Positions 39,525 to 49,429 of a DNA stretch of 64,000 nt are shown in pieces (the first letter of the stretch is position 1; each line of letters begins with the position of its first letter). Source of the DNA: Sphingobacterium thalpophilum (GTDB lineage Bacteria; Bacteroidota; Bacteroidia; Chitinophagales; Chitinophagaceae); contig CALPNW020000001.1 of assembly GCA_943325035.2 (NCBI GenBank), positions 920-64,919 of the forward strand, given 5' to 3'. The position numbers and the translations under genes were made by a program. The notes below the pieces were generated by a model. It was not told where the DNA came from. It did no database searches and saw only the letters and a program-made list of their open reading frames with translations.

Positions 39525-40457
39525 TTACTGAGCTGTTTCATAAAATAGTTGTCTGGCTAAATCGCACCTTAACCGAACCGTATCCAGAGGACCAAATCGA
39601 TTGAGGGCAATCCGCAGATGGGCTTCCCCAAAGCCAATAGGAATTATTTCTTTGTCTTCCTCACTGTCTGAATCATCATCGTCGTCGTCATCGTCGTCGT
39701 TCAGGTCATCCGCATTGTTGATCTCATAATATTCCGGACGAATCAGAAACAGTACCACATCAACCACATGCACCATGATATTGTTTTCGCGCAGCGATCT
39801 TAAGCTGGGTAACTGTATACTCAGCTCGTCGTCGCCAAGGTGAATTTCGGCACTTACTAAAACCGGAATCGCAAAATCAACAGCCAGTTGTTTGAGCTGT
39901 TCCATTAAAATGGTAGAAGCCGTTTGTTCATCAAAAATATCGGGCAGCGTTAAACGGGAGAAATTATCAATGACCAGAATAGCCGGTTTTTCTTCGAGCT
40001 GTTCCAGTAAAGTACGGATCTGGGGAATGGAACAAACCGGATAGTCTTCTATCAATAAATTATTACTCAGGTCTTTCAGCTGGTCTGCTTTAACGTATAA
40101 TTTTTCCAGCACCTGTGGTTCCAGAACGCCTTCAAAAATTTTACTCATTTCTACAGAAGAATAAGAGCTCAATATTCGCTGGGCCACTTCAGATCCACTC
40201 ACGTCGGGGCTGATGAATAAAGCCCTTGCAGGTTTAGGAATACGAAGGGTAATATGCATTAATATATTCAGTAAGAGGGCGGTTTTACCCACTTCGGGCT
40301 TGGAGGCCAGCAGGTACAACTGCTTGGGCTGAAAACCGTTGATGGCTATGTCCAGACTTTTAAACCCCGAAGGCAGGTACTGGGTACCATCCGGATGCTG
40401 CTGAAGATTGATCAGCCGGTCCATTTCAGTTTCAAGGAAAGATTTAAGGGTTTTCAT
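39525..40457 (-). CDS. Degenerate DnaB-like helicase C-terminal domain protein with poly-Asp insertion
   Basis: PSGF..LD...GFQ, Walker A ASKPEVGKT, LK.LA....PV, L..LRE, RPEYY and NRFG motifs; no DnaB N-terminal domain. Confidence 0.8.
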   Translation of the reverse strand: MKTLKSFLETEMDRLINLQQHPDGTQYLPSGFKSLDIAINGFQPKQLYLLASKPEVGKTALLLNILMHITLRIPKPARALFISPDVSGSEVAQRILSSYSSVEMSKIFEGVLEPQVLEKLYVKADQLKDLSNNLLIEDYPVCSIPQIRTLLEQLEEKPAILVIDNFSRLTLPDIFDEQTASTILMEQLKQLAVDFAIPVLVSAEIHLGDDELSIQLPSLRSLRENNIMVHVVDVVLFLIRPEYYEINNADDLNDDDDDDDDDSDSEEDKEIIPIGFGEAHLRIALNRFGPLDTVRLRCDLARQLFYETAQ

Positions 40458-40520
40458 AACGGAGCCATTTTGCGGAAGTAAAATTACGAAAATAAGCTGC
40501 CATTAGGGTAATGGTCATCA

Positions 40521-41825
40521 TTATTTCAAGTCAAACAGCACTTTATCCGGTATCTGCTTCTGTGCAGCAGCTCCCATTTTTTTAAGTTCTTCCATCCGGT
40601 TCACAATATTTCCTCTGCCCGTACTCAGCTGATTAAATGCCAGATCATAGGCTTCCTGCGCAGAACCCAGTTTCTTGCCCATATCTTCCATATTGCCTAA
40701 GAAGCCCACAAACTTATCGTACATGGCACCCGCTTTTTCAGCAATTTCAATGGCGTTTTTATTTTGCTGTTCCACTTTCCAGAGATCAGCAATGATCTTC
40801 AGTACGGCCAGTAAATTGGTAGGGCTTACCAGCATAATTTTTTTATCGTAGGCGTATTTCCACAGTTGAGCATCTTTCTTAACCGCTTCCAGAAATGCCG
40901 GTTCAATGGGCACAAAGAGTAACACATAATCCAGTGCTTTGGCATATTTGGGATAGTTCTTTTTACTCAGTCCGTCTATATGGGCCCTTATAGAAAGCAG
41001 GTGCTGGTCTAACCCGCGCTTGCGATCGATCTCATCGGGCTCATTCACATATTGCTCCCAGTGAACCAGAGATACTTTAGAATCTATAATAATAGTACGC
41101 TGGTCTGGATAGTACACCATTACATCGGGCTGTAAGCCCTTACCCAGGTCGTCTTTAATGACATTCCCTGCAGCGTCTCTGATGAACTCCTGCGTTACAA
41201 ATTCTCTTCCTTTAACCAGCCCGCTGTGCTCCAGAATACTTTCCAGCAGCATCTCTCCCCAGTTTCCCTGTGTTTTATTATTGCCTTTTAAAGCAGTGCT
41301 GAGGTTATTGGCTTCCAGACTTACCTGCTGGCTCATCTGCACCAGCCGGTCAATTTCTTTGCCCAGGCTGAACCTTTCTTTCGATTCCTTATCATAGGTT
41401 TCTTCTACTTTCTTTTTAAACTCACCGATCTCCGTTTTTAAAGGCCGCAGCAACTCGCCGATTTTTTCTTCGCTTCTAACAGACAAACTGTTCGATTGAT
41501 TGGTCATGATGTTCTGAGCGATCTCTGCAAACTCCAGCTTGATCTGTTCATTCAGTTTTTCGGTACCCTGTTTGGCAACAACAATCGCCTGTTGTGCGGT
41601 TTCATATTGCGTTTCGGCCCTTGATAGTCTGGCCAGCAACTGCTCTTTTTCCAGCTGTAATTTAGCTTGAACGGTAATCTGCTCCTGCAGCTGGCCTTCC
41701 TTCTGGCGAAGCTGTTCCTGCAACACTACCAGTGTGCTGGTTTGTTTAGACTTTGTATAATACAGGGTAACCAGAACGGCCAGTAAAACCACTACGCCCC
41801 CAATAAGCAGAACAATCGGATCCAT
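40521..41825 (-). CDS. rmuC: DNA recombination protein RmuC
   Basis: N-terminal TM and coiled coil; K.QGNWGE..LE, QPDV, IIIDSK, LFVPIE and SPT.LL motifs. Confidence 0.95.
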   Translation of the reverse strand: MDPIVLLIGGVVVLLAVLVTLYYTKSKQTSTLVVLQEQLRQKEGQLQEQITVQAKLQLEKEQLLARLSRAETQYETAQQAIVVAKQGTEKLNEQIKLEFAEIAQNIMTNQSNSLSVRSEEKIGELLRPLKTEIGEFKKKVEETYDKESKERFSLGKEIDRLVQMSQQVSLEANNLSTALKGNNKTQGNWGEMLLESILEHSGLVKGREFVTQEFIRDAAGNVIKDDLGKGLQPDVMVYYPDQRTIIIDSKVSLVHWEQYVNEPDEIDRKRGLDQHLLSIRAHIDGLSKKNYPKYAKALDYVLLFVPIEPAFLEAVKKDAQLWKYAYDKKIMLVSPTNLLAVLKIIADLWKVEQQNKNAIEIAEKAGAMYDKFVGFLGNMEDMGKKLGSAQEAYDLAFNQLSTGRGNIVNRMEELKKMGAAAQKQIPDKVLFDLK

Positions 41826-41893
41826 ATAAATTGATTAAGTCGAGAGCCAAGGTAGAAGTATTTACGGAAACCTATTAAAGTGTACATTCACCT

Positions 41894-42925
41894 GTGCAAA
41901 ACGACCCAGTAAGCAAAGAGTTATCCAATATTCCTATATCCGTTTTAGACCTTGCTACTATTGTAGAGGGAGACAAAGGAGTGGCAGAAACTTTTAAACG
42001 AAGCCTTATCATGGCCAGGTTTGCAGAAAGCCTAGGATTTAACAGGTACTGGTTTGCCGAACACCATAATATGGAGAGTGTAGCGTCTTCTGCTACCCCG
42101 GTTTTAATAGGCTATGTTGCCGGAGGAACGTCCTCCATCAGGGTTGGGTCCGGAGGAATCATGTTACCCAATCATGCACCGCTGGTAGTGGCAGAACAGT
42201 TTGGTACCCTCGAAGCGCTTTACCCGCACCGGATAGATCTCGGTATAGGAAGAGCTCCCGGTACCGATCAGATTACTTCAAAGGCTTTACGCAGAAAAAT
42301 GGCTGCAGATATTAATGATTTCCCCAATGATGTGGCGGAACTGATGGGGTATCTTGGTCCAAAAAATCCTGCAGCAGCGGTAAAAGCAATGCCGGGTCAG
42401 GAATCTCATGTTCCGGTTTGGTTACAGGGGTCCAGCACCTATAGTGCCCAGCTGGCAGCTGAGATGGGATTGCCTTTTGCATTTGCTTCGCATTTTGCGC
42501 CCGACCAGTTAATGTATGCACTCAATATTTACAGATCTCATTTTAAGCCTTCCCAATACCTGCAGCAACCTTATGCCATGGCATGTGTAAATGTCATTGC
42601 TGCAGATACCGATGCAGAGGCTAAATACCTGGCCACTTCCTTTCAGCAATTGTTCCTCGGAATTTTCCGCAACAGCAGGCATCCGTTGCAACCGCCGGTA
42701 GATTCTATGGACCATATCTGGAGTGCCAGGGAAAAAGCGGGCGTTATGCATATGCTCGAGTATTCCTTTACAGGTAGTATTGAAACTGTCGGCAAGAACC
42801 TACAGTCATTTTTGGATGAAACCGGCGTAGACGAAATCATGGCAGCTTCCAATATCTATGATATGGGAGCCAGAATGAAATCAACAGAACTGCTGGGTTC
42901 GCTGTTTGAAAAAAAGCAGGCATAA
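41894..42925 (+). CDS. LLM-class flavin-dependent oxidoreductase (YhbW-like)
   Basis: [32 protein letters not shown] and FASHF motifs. Confidence 0.92.
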   Translation: MQNDPVSKELSNIPISVLDLATIVEGDKGVAETFKRSLIMARFAESLGFNRYWFAEHHNMESVASSATPVLIGYVAGGTSSIRVGSGGIMLPNHAPLVVAEQFGTLEALYPHRIDLGIGRAPGTDQITSKALRRKMAADINDFPNDVAELMGYLGPKNPAAAVKAMPGQESHVPVWLQGSSTYSAQLAAEMGLPFAFASHFAPDQLMYALNIYRSHFKPSQYLQQPYAMACVNVIAADTDAEAKYLATSFQQLFLGIFRNSRHPLQPPVDSMDHIWSAREKAGVMHMLEYSFTGSIETVGKNLQSFLDETGVDEIMAASNIYDMGARMKSTELLGSLFEKKQA

Positions 42926-42952
42926 AAAAAGCCACCTTCTCAGGTGGCTTTG
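42924..42952. terminator. Intrinsic terminator between convergent genes
   Basis: AAAAAAAGCCACCT-tctc-AGGTGGCTTT hairpin. Confidence 0.75.
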
Positions 42953-42978
42953 GGCATTGGTCATTAAAACTGAACTGA

Positions 42979-43608
42979 TTAGAACAGAAACTTAAATCCA
43001 AAAGCAAGTGGTGTAGTAAGTGTAGGAGCACTTCCGCCCAGAGCAGTATTAAAGTAAGGGTCAACATTTGCAACGTGCGCCAGTGAAAAATCGGTCACTG
43101 TTGTTTTTTCTCCTACTCTTGGCGTTAAGGTGGTTACCGATAAATTAGCCAGGTTGTAAGAGAACTCTACACTAAAGTTTTTGCTCAGCAGCATATCAAA
43201 TCCACCAGAAGCAGACAGACCAAACTGAGCTACTTTTAACTCAGTTTGTTTTTCTTTACCGCTAATGATCGGAAGAGCCAGCTGACCGAAAAAGAATAAT
43301 TTTCCGGCAACATTCCAGTATTTTCTTACCAGAGGCTGAATAACCAGCAGGCTGGTATTGGCATCTTTAGTAGCACCGTCAACCACTTGAATACCTACAT
43401 AGCCTACTGCAGCACCAATAGCCACCGAAGGAGATACAAACTTTCCTATGATAGGAAGAATAGTGATATTGGTACTTTTTATATTGCCCGATTTGGTTTG
43501 CTGGTAGCCAATCTGGGAGGTAGCAAACCAGGTTCCCTGTAATCCTTTCTGCGCAGTTGCAGTAAATACAAATACCAACACAAATGCAAACGCAATGAAT
43601 TTTCTCAT
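42979..43608 (-). CDS. Outer membrane beta-barrel protein (8-stranded type)
   Basis: Signal peptide, amphipathic strands and C-terminal GFKFLF; TACTTTTG box at 43630-43637 (minus strand). Confidence 0.8.
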   Translation of the reverse strand: MRKFIAFAFVLVFVFTATAQKGLQGTWFATSQIGYQQTKSGNIKSTNITILPIIGKFVSPSVAIGAAVGYVGIQVVDGATKDANTSLLVIQPLVRKYWNVAGKLFFFGQLALPIISGKEKQTELKVAQFGLSASGGFDMLLSKNFSVEFSYNLANLSVTTLTPRVGEKTTVTDFSLAHVANVDPYFNTALGGSAPTLTTPLAFGFKFLF

Positions 43609-43779
43609 AGTCTGATGATTTAGTTAGTACAAAAGTAAACTTGGTGTACAGGTTGGAAGGCTGATAAATGACACCTAATGAAATGATAATCAACATTTTA
43701 ATACCGGCGTAATTACTTTAACTTTGTGTACCCGCATTATACAACCAAACCGAAGCTTTTTCTCTCGCTGCAGTTCAAT

Positions 43780-43808
43780 AAAAAAGCTACCTGAATAGGC
43801 AGCCTTTC
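43780..43808 (-). terminator. Intrinsic terminator for the 44531-43953 gene
   Basis: Minus strand GCTGCCT-attc-AGGTAGC followed by a T run. Confidence 0.6.
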
Positions 43809-43952
43809 TCTTTGTTAATTTTACCTAATCATCGCTATATAGAAAACTGCTGATGTTTTTCTACACAGTAAAGGTAGCTTTCAATTATAAATTGGAACAA
43901 TGACCTGTAACACCAAAAAATATGATTCTGAACAGGTTTTAAGAAAGCAGTT

Positions 43953-44531
43953 TTACAGGACTGCTTCTTTCAGCAATGCCTTCTGAATATCCGCTGCAAA
44001 ACGGCTGATCACAGCAGACATATCTGATTTAAGTTTAACGCTGGTGTATTTATTCCAGATGGCAGAACCAGTTTGTTTAATGTAAAAAGACGACAGCATA
44101 TTTACGCTCTTTTGTTCTTTAACGCCTCCGGCCAGCGGAACGGTTCCGCCAATAAATGTATGCAGAAATCCAATCCGTATAGGAATGCCAACCGATACAC
44201 CCACAGAGGGTGTATTCTTAAAAGACTGTTCTTCGCTCATGGGTTTAAAACTCAACAGTGCATCCACCCCCAGCTCCGCTGCTTTTTTGATGAGCAGTGC
44301 GGTGTCTCTGGCTTCTTCTGCAGAAATGGTATTGTACGCAGCAATAGCCTGGCAGCCACTCTCCCGTAATGCAGTAACCATGGCGTCTTCCATCTGACGT
44401 TTATAATTAATTTCCTCTACCTGAGACAGCACCAGAATTTTCTGATACTTCGTTTGCGTAAAGCCCTGAGCAGACAATAACAAAAAAGCAACGGCAAAAA
44501 TAGCCAGTGGGCGGGTAGATCGGATGTTCAT
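43953..44531 (-). CDS. Secreted hypothetical protein
   Basis: Signal peptide; KILV..R.MED, VDALL and Gly-rich central segment. Confidence 0.7.
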   Translation of the reverse strand: MNIRSTRPLAIFAVAFLLLSAQGFTQTKYQKILVLSQVEEINYKRQMEDAMVTALRESGCQAIAAYNTISAEEARDTALLIKKAAELGVDALLSFKPMSEEQSFKNTPSVGVSVGIPIRIGFLHTFIGGTVPLAGGVKEQKSVNMLSSFYIKQTGSAIWNKYTSVKLKSDMSAVISRFAADIQKALLKEAVL

Positions 44532-44696
44532 ATAGGATGTTTTATTGACTTTATAAAAAACGATAAAACTGTTTTTCTGCTGAATTGAACTTTCAGTTTT
44601 TTCAGTACCAATATAGATTCAATCTATCCGTTTACCAAAATATCTTTATTGATATTATTGAACTGTTTGTTTATGTAAGAGTGGCCAACTATAGTA

Positions 44697-44900
44697 TGGT
44701 AGATGCTGCCCTTAAAAGCCTGGAAGAAACCTTTGCCACCCAAAAGACCAGAGCCAGGTCAATCTGCTGGGCGGGCAGGATTATCGGTTGAAAATATAGA
44801 AGAGACAGCGTCGTTTTTCTTTGCCCGAAAATTCTCCCTGCAGGAAGATCCGGCCATTTTTGATTACATAGACCAGTGCATTCATCAACAAAAGCCCTGA
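44697..44900 (+). pseudogene. Frameshifted C-terminal remnant, possibly of a GT14 (core-2/I-branching) glycosyltransferase
   Basis: Segments in different frames read VNLLGGQDY and EETASFFFARKFSLQEDPAIFDYID, resembling the LFARKFD...ILD.ID GT14 C-terminus. Confidence 0.4.
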
Positions 44901-44933
44901 TTTGCTGTTATTGGTATCAAATACCAATGAAAC

Positions 44934-45632
44934 ATGGAAAATTACTTAATAATAGGCGGGTCTAGCGGAATCGGACAGGAGCTTGCCAATCAACTGGCAG
45001 CAGCCGGCAAGCAGGTATATGCCACTTACAACAGAAAAGAACCCGTTCAGCAAAACAGTACTATCCGGTATTATCCCTTGAATGTACTGGACGAAACTAT
45101 TTCGGTAGACTTTTTACCCGAAGAATTATCCGGATTGGTGTATTGTCCGGGCAGTATCAGTTTACGTCCATTCGAAAGAATCAAACCCGCAGATTTTGAA
45201 GCAGATTTTAAATTGCAGGTAGTAGGGGCGGTAAAGCTGATACAAATGGTTCTGCCCAGATTAAAAAAAGCAGCGAACGCCTCCATCGTTCTGTTTTCTA
45301 CGGTAGCCGTTCAAACGGGCCTTCCTTTTCATACCCAGATCGCTGCATCAAAAGGTGCCATAGAAGGATTAACGAAAGCATTGGCGGCCGAACTGGCTCC
45401 AAAAATAAGGGTGAACTGTATTGCCCCGTCATTAACCGATACACCACTTGCCGCCTCTTTATTAAATACCGAACAGAAGGTGGAAGCGAATGCGCAAAGA
45501 CATCCATTAAAGAGAATCGGAACCGCTGCAGATATTGCCAACATGGCCGGGTTTTTACTTTCCGAAAAAACAAGCTGGATTACCGGACAGATCCTTCATG
45601 TAGACGGGGGCATGTCTGCTATTAAGGGGTAA
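44934..45632 (+). CDS. Short-chain dehydrogenase/reductase
   Basis: IGGSSGIG, FSTVA, ASKGA, RVNCIAP and TGQ.L.VDGG motifs. Confidence 0.92.
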   Translation: MENYLIIGGSSGIGQELANQLAAAGKQVYATYNRKEPVQQNSTIRYYPLNVLDETISVDFLPEELSGLVYCPGSISLRPFERIKPADFEADFKLQVVGAVKLIQMVLPRLKKAANASIVLFSTVAVQTGLPFHTQIAASKGAIEGLTKALAAELAPKIRVNCIAPSLTDTPLAASLLNTEQKVEANAQRHPLKRIGTAADIANMAGFLLSEKTSWITGQILHVDGGMSAIKG

Positions 45633-45875
45633 CAGCCTTCCTTATTACAGGACAGCCCTGTTTGGGTAGCTGAAGCCTTGGAAACAGTTCCCAATGAGCT
45701 GGTGATGCACTTAGTTTTGAACTTGCGGAAGAAGATGAAACAGGCAATACCAAAATGGAAGAAAGAATAGGTACGTTTACAATATCAGGGGAGTATTTAG
45801 TAAGCAGCTCATTTTAACCGTGAGTGAATTTGCCTTCGTATATTCACTTTACTGTTATAGCTGATATACACTCCG

Positions 45876-47213
45876 ATGAAACCAATTACCGAAAAGACCG
45901 TTTTACAAAGATCGCTTACTCCTTTAATGCTTTGGGGGCTTGGGGTAGGGTATGTGATTTCCGGAATGTATTTCGGCTGGAACCTTGGGCTGGAACAGGG
46001 AGGTACCCTGGGTATGGCCATTGCTACTTTGTTTATTATTGTCATGTACGTTTCCTTTACGTTCAGTTATACCGAACTGGCAACTGCTATTCCCAAAGCA
46101 GGGGGAGGTTTTGATTACGCTACCCGGGCACTGGGTGCCAACTGGGGCTTTATTGCAGGCATGGCACAGAATATTGAATTTATTTTTGCGCCCCCGGCCA
46201 TAGCTTTTGCCATTGGCGCCTATTTTAATTTATTCTTTCCGCAGGTACCCATTCTGGCAATAGCCATCTTCAGCTATTTGGTCTTTACTTTTTTAAATAT
46301 CCGTGGGGTAAAAGCTGCTGCAATTTTTGAGCTGGTGATCACCATTTTTGCAGTGGGTGAACTCTTGATTTTTGCAGGCATTATGCTCCCGCACTTCGAG
46401 TTCAAAAATTTACAGCAGAATGCACTTCCGCATGGTATACCCGGGATCTTTGCCTGTATCCCTTTTGCCATCTGGTTTTTTCTGGGGATAGAAGGCGTGG
46501 CCAATGTAGCGGAAGAAGCCATCCATCCGCAACGCACCATGCTTATTGGTTTTGGAACGGCCATCCTTACACTGGTTATATTGTGTGTACTCACTTTTAC
46601 CAGCTCTATTGGTATAGGCGGCTGGGAAACCATTGTGTACGCTGCAGACGGAACTGTTTCGGATTCTCCGCTGCCACTGGCATTGGCCCGATTAATCGGC
46701 AGCAACAATTATTTTTATCACTTATTGATCACCGTCGGTTTGTTTGGATTGATCGCTTCCTTTCACGGTATTGTGCTAGCAGCAGGAAGATCAACCTATG
46801 AATTTGGCAAGGTGGGTTTTGCACCGGCAGCGCTGGGAAAGATCCATCCGAAATTCAGTACACCCGCCAATGCGCTGCTGATGAATATGGTCATTGGCAT
46901 CATTGCACTGCTTACCGGAAAAACAGCGGCCATCATTACCATTTCAGTTTTCGGGGCATTAACGCTTTACATCATTTCTATGGTGGCTGTTTTAAAACTC
47001 CGTAAAACAGAGCCTGAGCTGGAAAGACCTTTTAAGGTTCCGTTGTTTCCGCTGCTTCCGCTAACAGCACTCGTTATTGCTTTGGTTTCTTTTATGGCAA
47101 TGTGCTATTTTAATGCTACTCTGGCCATTACCTATATTGCCCTTGTATTCATTTGTTATGGGCTGTTCAGACTGATAAAAAATAACAAATCCACCAATAA
47201 CAGCAACGCTTAA
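45876..47213 (+). CDS. eat: Ethanolamine permease (APC family)
   Basis: LWGLGVGYVISGMYFGWN, PFAIWFFLGIEG and ASFHG motifs; directly upstream of eutBC. Confidence 0.92.
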   Translation: MKPITEKTVLQRSLTPLMLWGLGVGYVISGMYFGWNLGLEQGGTLGMAIATLFIIVMYVSFTFSYTELATAIPKAGGGFDYATRALGANWGFIAGMAQNIEFIFAPPAIAFAIGAYFNLFFPQVPILAIAIFSYLVFTFLNIRGVKAAAIFELVITIFAVGELLIFAGIMLPHFEFKNLQQNALPHGIPGIFACIPFAIWFFLGIEGVANVAEEAIHPQRTMLIGFGTAILTLVILCVLTFTSSIGIGGWETIVYAADGTVSDSPLPLALARLIGSNNYFYHLLITVGLFGLIASFHGIVLAAGRSTYEFGKVGFAPAALGKIHPKFSTPANALLMNMVIGIIALLTGKTAAIITISVFGALTLYIISMVAVLKLRKTEPELERPFKVPLFPLLPLTALVIALVSFMAMCYFNATLAITYIALVFICYGLFRLIKNNKSTNNSNA

Positions 47214-47222
47214 ACGGTTAAG

Positions 47223-48599
47223 ATGTACCATTATTCCATAAAAAATCATCGCTATACTTTCTCCGACCTGAAGACCCTGCTCGCAAAAGCCAGCCCCTTC
47301 AGATCCGGAGATGCCATGGCCGGATTAACTGCAGCCAGTTATGAAGAACGGGTTGCCGCACAGTTCTGCCTGGCCGATGTTCCCTTAATTAATTTTTTAT
47401 CTGAAACGGTTGTTCCTTATGAAACCGATGAAGTAACGAGGCTGATTATAGACTCGCATGATGCCGGCGCTTTTTCGCTCATCCGTTCTTTTACCGTAGG
47501 CATGTTCAGAGACTGGCTGCTAAGCGATGCTGCAGATGCTGTTGCTTTACAATTGATCCGTCAGGGAATCACTCCCGAAATGGCCGCAGCGGTCAGCAAG
47601 CTCATGCGCAACCAGGATTTAATATTGGTGGCCCAAAAGATAGAAGTAGTCACCCGCTTTAGAAATACACTTGGTTTAAAAGGAAGATTTTCTTCGCGGC
47701 TTCAGCCTAATCATCCAACCGATGACCTGAAAGGAATTGCTGCCAGTATTGTAGACGGGCTGCTGTATGCCAGCGGTGATGCAGTGATAGGCATCAATCC
47801 TGCAACAGACAATCCTGCTGCAATCAATGCCATCCTGCAAATGCTCGATCAGGTAATTGACCAGTATAGTATTCCTACTCAGTCCTGTGTACTCTGTCAC
47901 CTCACTACCAGTTTGCAGTTAATGAATCAGCAAGCACCGGTAGACCTGATTTTTCAATCGATCGGAGGAACGGAACTGACCAATAAAAGTTTTGGCATTA
48001 GCCTCTCTCTTTTGCAGGAAGCCTATGACGCAGGTAGGTCAATGAACAGGGGAACTGTTGGCAATAACTTTATGTATTTTGAAACCGGTCAGGGATCGTC
48101 TCTGTCTGCCAATGCACATGGGGGAGTAGATCAGCAAACCTGCGAAGCCAGAGCGTATGGTGTGGCCCGGCATTTTGATCCGCTGCTCGTAAATTCTGTG
48201 GTTGGTTTTATTGGGCCCGAGTATTTATATGATGGAAAACAAATTACCAGAGCCGCACTGGAAGATCATTTCTGTGCCAAATTACTGGGCTTGCCAATGG
48301 GAATGGATATTTGTTACACCAATCATTCGGAAACAGATCAGGACGATATGGATAATTTATTGGTGCTGATGGGCGTTGCCGGCTGCAATTTTATTATGGG
48401 CGTTCCCGGTGCAGATGATATCATGCTCAACTATCAGTCTACTTCTTTTCATGATATTCTGTGTCTGCGTAAACTGCTGCATTTAAAACCTGCTCCGGAA
48501 TTTGAAGCCTGGCTGATCGGTCAGCAGATTATGGACCCCCAGGGCAATCTGCTTCCGGTAACAAATGCACACCCCTTACTTAAATATCCGGCTGCATGA
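47223..48599 (+). CDS. eutB: Ethanolamine ammonia-lyase large subunit
   Basis: RSGD, RLQPNHPTDD, GDAVIGINP, MYFETGQG, VVGFIGPEYL and DIMLNYQ motifs. Confidence 0.97.
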   Translation: MYHYSIKNHRYTFSDLKTLLAKASPFRSGDAMAGLTAASYEERVAAQFCLADVPLINFLSETVVPYETDEVTRLIIDSHDAGAFSLIRSFTVGMFRDWLLSDAADAVALQLIRQGITPEMAAAVSKLMRNQDLILVAQKIEVVTRFRNTLGLKGRFSSRLQPNHPTDDLKGIAASIVDGLLYASGDAVIGINPATDNPAAINAILQMLDQVIDQYSIPTQSCVLCHLTTSLQLMNQQAPVDLIFQSIGGTELTNKSFGISLSLLQEAYDAGRSMNRGTVGNNFMYFETGQGSSLSANAHGGVDQQTCEARAYGVARHFDPLLVNSVVGFIGPEYLYDGKQITRAALEDHFCAKLLGLPMGMDICYTNHSETDQDDMDNLLVLMGVAGCNFIMGVPGADDIMLNYQSTSFHDILCLRKLLHLKPAPEFEAWLIGQQIMDPQGNLLPVTNAHPLLKYPAA

Positions 48600-49369
48600 A
48601 CAAAAAAGAACTGCTCATACAGCCGGATCCCTGGATATCGCTGCGCTCACTGACCAGCGCCAGAATTGCATTGGGTAGAACAGGCGTTTCCGTTCCACTT
48701 GCAGAAAGCTTAGCCTTTAAGCTGGCACACGCCAATGCAAGGGATGCTGTGTATGATTTATTGGATAAAGCAATTTTGGTAGAAGGCATACAACAACTGC
48801 AACATCCGTTATTGCTTTTACAGTCTGCTGCTGCCAACAGACAACAATACCTGCAAAGACCCGATTATGGCAGAAGGCTGAACGAAGATGCTGTTCAACG
48901 ATTGGAACTGGAGCAAACCGGTTCCAGCTATGATATTTGTATTTCAATTGCAGACGGGTTGTCTGCCACGGCGGTAAATAAACATGCCATACCCCTGCTT
49001 CAGGTATTAATGCCCTTATTAAAACATGCCGGATTTTCGATTGCCCCCATTTGTATTATTGAACAGGGACGGGTTGCCATCAGTGATCACACGGGTCAGC
49101 TGAGCCGCGCAACGCTTTCGCTTATTGTATTGGGGGAACGGCCCGGCCTTTCATCGGCCGATAGTTTGGGAGCCTACCTTACTTATCAACCCCAACAGGG
49201 TAATACAGACGAACGGCGCAACTGCATTTCCAATATCCGGCCCGGTGGATTAAGTGTAGAACAGTCTGCCCAAAAAATACTGCTGCTGATCCAGGAGTCG
49301 TTCCGGCTGAAATTAAGCGGCATACAGCTGAAGGACGATACGGCGCTTTCGCTGCCGGGTATTGTATAG
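48596..49369 (+). CDS. eutC: Ethanolamine ammonia-lyase small subunit
   Basis: T.ARIALGR.G, HA.ARDAV, YL.RPD.GR, ADGLS, GERPGLS and RNCISNI motifs. Confidence 0.96.
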   Translation: MNKKELLIQPDPWISLRSLTSARIALGRTGVSVPLAESLAFKLAHANARDAVYDLLDKAILVEGIQQLQHPLLLLQSAAANRQQYLQRPDYGRRLNEDAVQRLELEQTGSSYDICISIADGLSATAVNKHAIPLLQVLMPLLKHAGFSIAPICIIEQGRVAISDHTGQLSRATLSLIVLGERPGLSSADSLGAYLTYQPQQGNTDERRNCISNIRPGGLSVEQSAQKILLLIQESFRLKLSGIQLKDDTALSLPGIV

Positions 49370-49429
49370 AAAGTTCACTTAAAAAGAAAATCCCCCAACC
49401 TTTTCTATAGGATTTTTGTAATATAAACC

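Noticed and set aside
39525-40457. Replicative dnaB or prophage replication gene
   Set aside because: It lacks the N-terminal domain and several catalytic residues, and no integrase, primase or phage structural genes are nearby.
45633-45875. Cobalamin riboswitch or small gene upstream of eat-eutBC
   Set aside because: No B12-box consensus was recognised and the short frames have no identifiable family; at most decayed coding DNA.
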